A DNA stretch of 59,503 nucleotides, taken from positions 1 to 59,503 of the forward strand of contig JABSQK010000002.1 of NCBI GenBank assembly GCA_013215875.1. Reading direction: 5' to 3'. Below the pieces are notes generated by a model. It searched no databases, had not been told where the DNA came from, and saw nothing but the letters and a program-made list of their open reading frames with translations. The translations under genes were made by a program, and so were the position numbers. Below, in pieces: positions 15,001-24,900 of this stretch (position 1 is its first letter; each line of letters opens with the position of its first letter). Origin of the DNA: Lentisphaeria bacterium. GTDB taxonomy: Bacteria; Verrucomicrobiota; Lentisphaeria; JABSQK01.

Positions 15001-15925
15001 AGTTCAGTTCGCCAGCCTCTGAAAGAGAGCCAACTGTTTCTAAGAAATCGAGGGTTGCTTTTAATACGTTCAATACCTTTTTAGCAACATCTACAGTCTT
15101 CGCCGGTAAACGAAGGTAAGCCAGGTCGATCATTTGGAATTTGGTAATACCTAAATCCAATTCCATTGTTAGAAGATCAACCACAGGTTTCATTGGCATA
15201 ATAATATCACTGATTACATCAAGTGTATCACCAAGAAAACTGTCGAATACTGAGCCGATATCGAGTGTGACATCTTCAAGGATGAGTTCCGGTGCACCCA
15301 TATCAAATACAGCACCACTATCAGACGACATACTGAAATCACCCAGCACCTGATCATAGCGAATTGTCGTACTAATAGCTGGCAGGAAATCGCCGGCAAT
15401 CGTACTGACTTCGACAAAAAGATCCGCCTGTGCGGCGATGGATGCATTCATTACAAATTCAACATCTTCACCAAAAACCCAGCGGCCGTCCCCGTTACCA
15501 TCTATGATATCCAAGCCGAGGTGGCCGACAATGCGACTACCCATTAAGATATCTTCGCCATCAACATTGATCATCTGTGTATCTTCAGTGACATCTGTTA
15601 GATCGACTGCCAGGAAGCCCAATGTTGCATCAAGGCTATCGCCCACTCTTACGCCACCGGCAATATCCAGAGCAACTTCTTCACCAGCTGTATTAATACC
15701 ACTGGTATCAACAAAAGCGCCAAACTGCATACCTTCTTCATCGCTTGTATCGCCAATACCAAGGCCAATGCCCATGAGGTAGTCTATCTTGGCAAGCAAG
15801 CTTGCATCAGTACTTAAATTTAAACCGGGGATGCCAGCAGAAAAATCAATTTCTTGTTCGCCCTCGAGTAAGGTACCACCAAACATGATATTGAAGGTGA
15901 TCAATCCGGATGGGTCAAATTCAAA
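2..15925 (-). CDS. C-terminal continuation (at least 5,308 codons, runs off window edge) of the giant RTX-like surface protein, in frame after an internal TAA
   Basis: Manual translation past the TAA gives FEFDPSGLITFNIMFGGTLLEGEQEIDF. The same frame, spot-checked at about 2300, 6430, 6920 and the edge (DMVINAGSGSDTIYI), gives acidic Gly/Asp-rich RTX-like sequence. The ORF track reports no long minus-strand ORF here, consistent with no stop before the edge. Confidence 0.88.
3790..4280 (-). repeat. Intragenic tandem repeat, 132-bp (44-aa) unit, about 3.5-4 copies
   Basis: aatatcaatatt/gatattgcc recurs at about 3795, 3926, 4058 and 4190. The unit translates as IGNIDIVTGTGNDDxTLxNTGxxGYLNxxxGxGxNDIxIxSS. 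Confidence 0.8.
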
Positions 15926-18900
15926 TTAGATGTCATCGGCTGTATGGTCGGTAGCATTGAGAATTTCTGTAATTAGTTTTCCTGTGCCATCATATTGCTT
16001 GAAGCCATCCGCGTCTAGACTTGGAATGACAAATGCAAATAGTGTCGCATTTCCGCCTTCGTTCAATGAAATAAATGCAGTGTAAAGACCTTCACGAATC
16101 GCATTTAATGCCGCGTCAAAGAAGCTGGCATCGACTGTGATTGCCCATGCACCACCTGTACCGCTTACTTGAGTTTGAAAACCTGTTAGTGTTTTTACTG
16201 CAGCGGCAATGGCATTTTGCTTCTCAGTATCATCGGCCATCTCAGAGAAATTGACATTAATATCTTGTGACCCGTCACCCAAAACGATATCTGCTGTACC
16301 ATCTGCTGTTAACATATAGGATTTATCAAGCCTATCTATGCTGCCCTCTGTAGTCGTGAGCGAAGGAAGCGCTATTTCTTGAATCGTATAGCCCAGACCG
16401 CCGCTGAGATAAACCCCGGCAGACTCTCTTCCAAGTACATTTTCGCGCAAGTCATATAATGAGTCAGCTAAGCTGTCAAAGGCATCGCCACCAATTAATG
16501 GCAGCTCAATATTCGCAAATCCACCAGCCACTTCATCAACACCATCGAAGAAAGATTCCAGAGCGCCAATCACATTATTTGGATCATCCATGGCTGCGAT
16601 TAATGCAGAAACGATATCGAAGTCCATTGAAAAATCAGGTATTGAATAATTATAATCAAAGCCATCATCAAGACTGAAAGAGGCATTCATATACAAACTG
16701 TTTTCAGCGATGCCATCGCCATTGATATCTTCAGTCGTGCCGCCAACTGGCATGGATCTTAGGGGGAAATACAATGGCAGTTCTATAGAAGCAACTCCAT
16801 CAACAAATAATTCCATTTCTACCGCGTCAGCAGCAGAGCCCATCGCGCCAGAAACAGCAAACAAATCGATGCGGCCATCACCTTCAAGGTCATCAGCAAT
16901 TTCAAGCCCAAGATTCAAGTCGATGATAATTTCTCCGCCGTCACCAAACATGCCAAGGCCAAAGATTTCAAAGTAGGCACTAATGTCGGATAAGCTGGCA
17001 CTTATATCAATACTGATACCCGAAGTATCTTCCATATAGATGGTGGGTGCGGCAATATTCGTAAGGTCGACTCCGAAGCCCAATTCAAAATCAAACGCAG
17101 CATATAAGTCCAGGTCGCCCAATAGCAAATCTGCCTCAATGCCAAGCGAATCAGCCAGGTCAACAAGCTCAGTTAATGTTGGACTGTCAATATCATCTAC
17201 CCAGTCTGCTAAAGAGAAATCGAGCGCAATCGTTTTCTCAAATATTTGTTCTAAATCGATGCCGAATTCAAAAACACTGTCTGAATAATTTATATACAAC
17301 AAGTCTTCTGTAACAGTTCCAGCGCCCAACACAGTATTGAGCACATTGCGAATTTCATCATTTATTGAGGTTTCAAATTCATCGATGTTATCTATTGCGC
17401 CGCGTAAGGCTGCTATGGCATCACGAATTTCAATGAGAATATTGTGACCATCAAAAGTAAGAAGATCTTCATAGGTCATTCCCAGTAAAGGAACTTCGGC
17501 ACTCTGAGTACTGATGAGTTCATCCAAACTCCACTCAAGGGCATTGAGCAGATCTTCTAAAGAAAGCGCTTTGAATTTTATGAGCTCTGTAATATCCAGG
17601 TTTGATGGAATCAATGATGCCAGGCTGCCGAGGAATGCCGGCAAGGATGACACACTTGTAAGTGCAGGGCTCGACGCTTCCAAAACAATTGGGGCAATCT
17701 CCAGACCCGCAAAAGGTGTATTGATTTCAATGGGTAAATAAACATCAAAGTCACCGGCAATATCAAAATCGACTCCGCCAAAAATTTCACTAAATTTACC
17801 AGCGGTTAAATCGCCCGTATTCAAACTCACATCTGCGCCCAGTGATAGTCCGGCATGAAAACCAACAGCTGCATTATCCAAATCTGCATCGATAAAACCA
17901 ATGCTAACATTCATGTCGAAGGTCTTTCGTAAACGACCTTCATCGCCGCTGGATCCCAGAGCCTCTTCGAAGAATAAACGCGTCAGATTTGTTTTCTGGT
18001 CATAGCTGATAGCCGCGATAGTGAGCACGCCTTTATTCAACTCACTGCCACCAAAGTAAACGGATTCGCCGACGCTGTATTCATCGATGTAATAGCCTTC
18101 GAGGTCGGCATAATCACCATCGGTGAGCGTGCTACTTATATCAAAACCGATCACAATGTTGCCATCGCTTGTTTCATCAAGCGTTGGTGAACTCAGCAAT
18201 GTAATAATAGTAATATCAAGGACTTCATCATAAACAACTGTATTGATATCGTAACTAGCATCATTTCCTGTAGAACCACTGATACTCAAAGAGCTTGCGC
18301 CCGAAAGAATGCTCGCAGTCTGGTCGCCATCGACAGTAATCTGATCGGTGGAATCATCGACATTGACGATGGATAATTCGAGTGCTGAAATTGTACCCGT
18401 GCTGGACGCATCGAGCGTTTCAACAGTCCATAGTGTTGTCGTACCTGCATCGAACTCGATTTTCAGTACTGTTACATTGCCATCATTATTTTCGGAAGAT
18501 CCAGAAACAGTGTATGTTTTTCCGGCAGCAAACAGATCTGTTTGATCACCAGTGAGGGTGATGGCATGGCCGGCATGATTCACTGCAAATACATCAAGGG
18601 ATTGTTCTCCAAAACTTAAATCAACTTTCAGCTTCGGATTTTCCAAGAAGAAATTATCACTATCATCCAGACCAAAAACAAATTCCAGTACGACAGCACC
18701 TTCCATATCGAAATTTACCACATCATTGAATGAAAGTAAGCTGCCAATATCGATACCTGCATCTTCCAGGGCTTCAATATTAAATGTCGAAGCATCCAAC
18801 TCGAAGCTGTCTGAAAATGAAACCAGGTTTAATGTTGCTTTAAATTCATTGAGATTATCCAGTGAGTTAAATGAGAGTTGCCCCAGGCCAAATAAGTCTG

Positions 18901-21900
18901 TGGAATTGCTCTGCCCATCTAGAGCCGCAATAAGTGCATCCATCTCATCTGCAATCGCCGAACCAATATCTACACCGATATCAAGGGCTCCACCAATTGT
19001 CAGCCCAGTAAAAGGCAGTTCATATTCCAGCAGCGAATTTATTTCTGTATCGAATTCATTGAGGAATGTTTTAGCTGTTGTTAGTCCGCTTGCTAAATCA
19101 GTGATTTCGCTACCGCCAAAAGCATTATCAAGCATTGATAAATCAGCCGTTGTCCGCGTCGCAACTTCGAGAAATGGTGTCATCACATTATCTGATGGGG
19201 TTTCATCATCTGCCATTCCGAGAATATTACCAATTTCATGCTTGATCGTGGAAATTAAATCCATCGCTCCGGCAGCCGGAGCAGTACCTGGGTCGGCATG
19301 CCAGCCATAACCGGCGGCATCATCATCGATAAGAATGGTTGTACCAAGGTCGATCGCGAGGAGATAGCCATTCGTTTCATCTTGTACGAGATAGTTCTCG
19401 CCATCAGGAATTTCAAAACTGCTGAGATCGGCTATTTTAAATTGTACCAGGTCTGCAAGCAAGTCACCGAGATACCAGTCATCCATAGCCTGCTGAACGA
19501 CCGCATCTAAATCACCTTGGCTTAGGGTAGACGGGGTGCTTCCGAGAGCATCAACACGTTGTGGTGATGAGCCATCATTACCGCCAAACCACGACGATAT
19601 GTCATTTAACAGGGCTTGTTTTGATCCACCTGTATTATAATTAATCGCGTCTTCAATTGCCTCTTGAGATATATCTGTATGTATAACGATATAGTTTGCC
19701 GGGCTATCCTTTAAAGAAATGCGCACAACATTTTGGTTTTCTAATTTTTCAATTGTTAAATCACCTGGCAAGATGGCTTCGCCATTCAATGTCAACTGTG
19801 TGAAGTCCAATTTATCCGTATCGCTAAAATCAGCTAAAGTATCATTTCCGATATCAGCAAACTCGCCACTGAAGTAGAAGATATCGTCGTTACTAGAGCC
19901 AATAATTAAATCGTCGCCGCTGCCACCTTCAACACCTTCAATATTTGCCAGAGTTGTTACTGTGCCGTCTTCATCGAGCTCTTCCAAGGCAACTGTTACT
20001 GCGTTAGCATGAACAATGACTAGGTCGCCGCTTGTATTTATTATCGCTTGAAAGCCTAATTGGGCTGCATCGAGATTGGTTTTCAAAATATTGAGATCTT
20101 GTGGATTTACAATTGTGTGTAGCACGCCATCTATATCAAATCGCAAATAATCTGAACCTGTCAGGTCGCCACTGGCATAAGCATTTTTCGTATAATTCAC
20201 ATTGCTCACACTATGAACAACTGCAAAGTTACTTGCATGAGAGATCGTAATTACCCCGGATGCAACATTAACTGTGAAGCCAAGACTGGCAGCTTCGATT
20301 GCTGCCTTGATTTCACCGAGCAATCCATCAACAGTATCTGTTTCTGCAATGACCAAATCTGTTATGGCAAAAGGCGTACCATCAAGTGTTATTGTCCAAT
20401 CATCGTCATCCAGTAAATCGAGATTCGAAAAGTCCAATGTTGCCACTTTGTTAAAGTAGTTACTGGATACATCAGCTGTTGTATCCCAGACTCCGCTGGA
20501 ACTAATGCCGCTCGCTGTGCCAAGGGTATACGCATTTGATTCAGTCAAATTGATTACTGCTTCTGCACTTACACCACTTAAACTAAAGATGTCAGTACCA
20601 CCCGCACCATCGATGGTATCAGCACCACCCATGCCCAGTATTAAGTTATCAAATGCGTTACCAGTTAATTGGTCTTCTGCATCTGTACCGACAATGCCTC
20701 TGGCATTGGCTACAGCCCAATTACGTGGGTCGGCCCAGTCACCGGAATCTGGAGCACCTAATAATGTCGTGAAGATTTCGTCGAAACCCGCCAGGCGTGA
20801 GCCCGTTACCGCAGCCGCTTGGCCAAATGAGAAATCAAAATTGAAGTCGAGCCACTCAGGTCCGTCAGCCCATATGTTTTCAGTTGTGAAATCAATCGCA
20901 GAAGCGGAGAGGTTTACGATGACACCTTTGTTTTCATCGCCATCCACACGGCCATCATCGCCGGTGTACATGCTGTAATCAAGAATAAGGTTGCCACCTA
21001 CTCCCGGTTTTACTGTTCCACGAAATCCACCATCACCTTCAAAACGGATATGGGTGGTTTTTTCATCGACACCAATAAAGTTTTCGATATCTGTGGCAAT
21101 TATAAAATTCGTGAAGGCAGTCATATCTTGAATACCGAAGTCGGTGATATCAAAAATAATATCATTTGTACTGGCAATGATAACATTGGTAGAAATATCG
21201 GCAACATTTGCAAAGTCTTCGAGGAAATCTTCAATTCCTGGAATCAAACCAATAAAATCTTCAATGAAACTAAAATTCACCACTCGGACATACAAGTCGG
21301 ATGTTAATCCGGACAGGTCCAGGGTATCAAAGCCCTCGGGCATGGCAATGCCACCAAGCACTAGATCCGGCATTTCAAGAACAACACCAACTCCAACACC
21401 TATCGGGTTGTAGGTCGGTTCTTCGAATCGATATGTGTCGGCACCGGATTTACCTGCTAAGAGGGAAAAGCCTGGAAGCAGTGGCGTAATTATGAATGTA
21501 TCACCTGCGACAAAATCCATAATTGGGAACTCACCAAGAATACGTTTCATGTATTCCCAATTGCTTTCGCCTTCGTTTTTAGGATTATCTTTAAACAGAG
21601 AAATCCCCGGAACCAGCGAGCCATTACCTTGGGCTATATTTACTGCCGAACCCATGATGATGTTTATTATATTCTCCACTTCACCTGTGAAACGATTAAA
21701 TTGCCCAGATGACATATTATTCATTAGGATATGCGGGTAGGTCTCAATAACCTGTGCTGGTAATTTCAATATACTCGATAGACTAAAATGAACTTCATCC
21801 GTATAATCGATCGTATTTTGAACTCTAAAATCAGGAATTTCCTGTCTAAGAACGACGTTTATAATGAGGTCCCAGGCAAGGTGAGCATAATCTGTTCGTA

Positions 21901-24900
21901 TACCTGTTCCGCCAATAATATCGCCAGCGTATTCAGCGCCTGCTTTTACAAAAAAAGTATTGCTTTCCTGGCCACCATAAATAGTCGTATTTTGATCGAC
22001 ATTGGTAACGACAATCTTAGCAAATTTTTGTTTAGGCAGTTCACCTAAATTAATTCCTGCTATACTGACATAAGCTAAAAGGTCATTTGGCAAAAAGCGC
22101 GCCACGCGTTCTATTTCTAAACGGGTGGAACCATCGGCATTCTCAATAAATGTAAAGCTTAATTCGCGGTCAACATTGCGAAAATCAAGGACCAGATTAC
22201 CACCAACATTGTAGCTCACTGCGCCCTGAATTTTTGCCACATCATTTGCGGTCTGCCCATCGGCAGTCAGAAGTGTGAAATTCACTGCAGTACCAGTCAT
22301 CTTTGTTAATGACAGAGCCGAACTGCCATTGAAAAGCTCATTTTCGATAAATCCTTCCAGATTATCTTTGGCGATCAACTGATAGTAAATTGCATCACTA
22401 TCAGTCATTACAGATTTAATCTCGCGGGCCTTATGGAATGGTTTGAATTTGTTTGCAGTCGTTTGCGCATCATAACTGAATTGATAGTCAGTGATATCAC
22501 CAGTAAGCCGTACAATGACCCATACTTTATCAGCCAGTTCATAGCTATTAAAGGAGACGTCTGTGCCGGCTTTCAAAACCTTGAAATTTGCGTAAGCATT
22601 AAATGTTGTTTTATCGATACTGAATTTAAAGGATTTTTCAAATTCGATTTCGAATTCCAGCGCCCCAGGTGTAGTCGGAGCACCATCAGCTTTTGTCAGG
22701 GTATCCAAGGTTTCGGCGACCCATACATAGGTATTACCGCCGTCTACATTTACAGCTTTTACTACAAGTTGTTTAGCGCCATCGCTCCTCTCATTGAAAT
22801 CGTTTTTCAAAAGGTAAGTACCGACAGTGGTAAAGGTCTTGCCCACTTGTATCAAATTGCTCTGGTCGCCTACAATAACAAAGCTGCTATAAGTATCGAC
22901 TAAGTCTGTATAGACTTGCTTATCCGTCTCAACTGTAAGAACAACATTTTGCAGATTGTCAGCATCGATCGCTGCGGAAAAGGTGACAACATCGCCATCC
23001 ACACTGTTAACGGTTACTGCTTTACCATTTATCATAAAGCTCATACCTGCCGCTGTCATCACATCACTCGCACCCGCAATAGTCAGCTGTGTCGGGCTAG
23101 CGGAAAGGTATGTCGCATTGAACTGGCGAATTAAAGATACTTTATCAAATGTGAGTCCACCAATATTTTCTTTGAAAGTCAGAGTCGTTTTGTCTGAACC
23201 CCCATCATAAACAAAGTCGGCAACGTATACAGCATCAACAACGCGCTCATCGCCATTGTAAAAGTTCAGGGTATGTAATGTGAAAAGCGACAAGTCACCA
23301 CTAATTTTCAAGCTGTTATCAGCCAGGGAAATACTATCTATGTCGTAAGTTTGGGTATGGTAGAAGACATTTTCGCTTTCATAGTCAGCATTTGTCCCGA
23401 CATTAAAAGAGGTCTCATTATTGTTGATTGCCAGAGACGATGAGTCGATGTAGAGCTCTTGTTTTCTGTTTGAGAAACCAGTGTAGTACTCTATCGCTTT
23501 TTCATCGATGCCCCAATTGTCGCCAAAAATAAAGGTATTATCATCATTGTTCAAAATCATGCGGTTTATGTATTCCACGTTTTGAACATCAACAAAACTA
23601 CCGGTAACTAGGCCATTTACCGTGCCATTGGCATTTGCATCACCAGGCTCTTGGCCTGCATTGTAAGTTAATCCTGTACCACTTTTTAAATAATTATCTG
23701 AAATGACATGGGTTACTGTTCCATCCACATCGCTATAGTCGACATAGTCAGCGGTCCCTTTAGAACCCAGAATGACGTTGTCTGTAGATGCATCTACTTT
23801 ATAGGTATTTATCGCATCTTCACTGGCACCTACTTTGAGGTCCATTGCGCGTAAATCAAAGGTAATTTGCAGCTGGTTTGTATTGATGATTGTTGCAGTA
23901 AGGAATACCGCTGCATCTAATTCATCACGCAGGTCTGTTAAGGTATAGTCCGCATCAATTGTGAATGTTCCCTTAAAGGACTCGAAATCAATTGTATACT
24001 TTTTCTCAATAGCGCTGCCTTCTATATCTTCGGGAAGAAATGTTTTTGCAGGCTCAAAAATAAGCGCAAGATTTCCTGATGGGCTTTTAATTTTCAGACT
24101 ATCTACATTTGATAAATTGCTACTCGAATCCAAATCCCGTTCGAGACTAATGCCCGTATTAAATGTGAAACTCGTCACCTTGGTATCATCCAGATAATAA
24201 ACGAGCTTGGTATTTTCGCCATCACCTGAGATGTAGTGAATACCCTTATCCGATAAAGTGCCGGACATAATATCGCTAACAGTTACTTTCAAAGGGGCTT
24301 CTGCTGTAAAGATTATATCCGCCCAAACATCTGTAAGTTGATTGCCATCGGCATAAAAGAGTTGGAACGCTTGTTGATCTTCGTAAGACAGACCGGAAAT
24401 AAGTCCATTGCTAAAATTTACTGGTAAACCGGATTGTACCTGAGCACTGTCCACTGTGATTGGAGAATAGGCCTTATCGGCAACTTTTTTTCCATATTGA
24501 ATGATCACTTCTGCGCCATTCGCGACTGAAATACCCCCGGGTAAAGCCTCAAGGGATTCTATGATAAAGGTATTTTTTCCACTACCACCGATGATCCCAA
24601 AAATGTCCGTTGCGGTTAAAATTTTCCTAAAGCCAGGCAGCATGCCATGTTGCACCTTTACTGTGCCATTGCCCTGCAAGTAAAAAGTCAGGTCTTCGGA
24701 GATCGTTGAAAAATCGAGTATCGTTTCCGTGAACCCTTCCACAACTTTTCCATCAAAACTATCCAGACTGGAGAATGATACGGTGGATTTATCCTGGCCG
24801 GTACGAATGGTCGTAAACAAGTTTGTTGATGGTATAGAACCATAGAAAAGATCTGTCCCACCGCGGCTTACCTGCAAGTTTGCCCCGACAGTAAATATTA

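Noticed and set aside
15926-15928. Genome-wide TAA reassignment as an explanation of the internal stop
   Set aside because: TAA terminates several conserved genes here at family-consistent ends (e.g. STs ending GYPL, WbaP).
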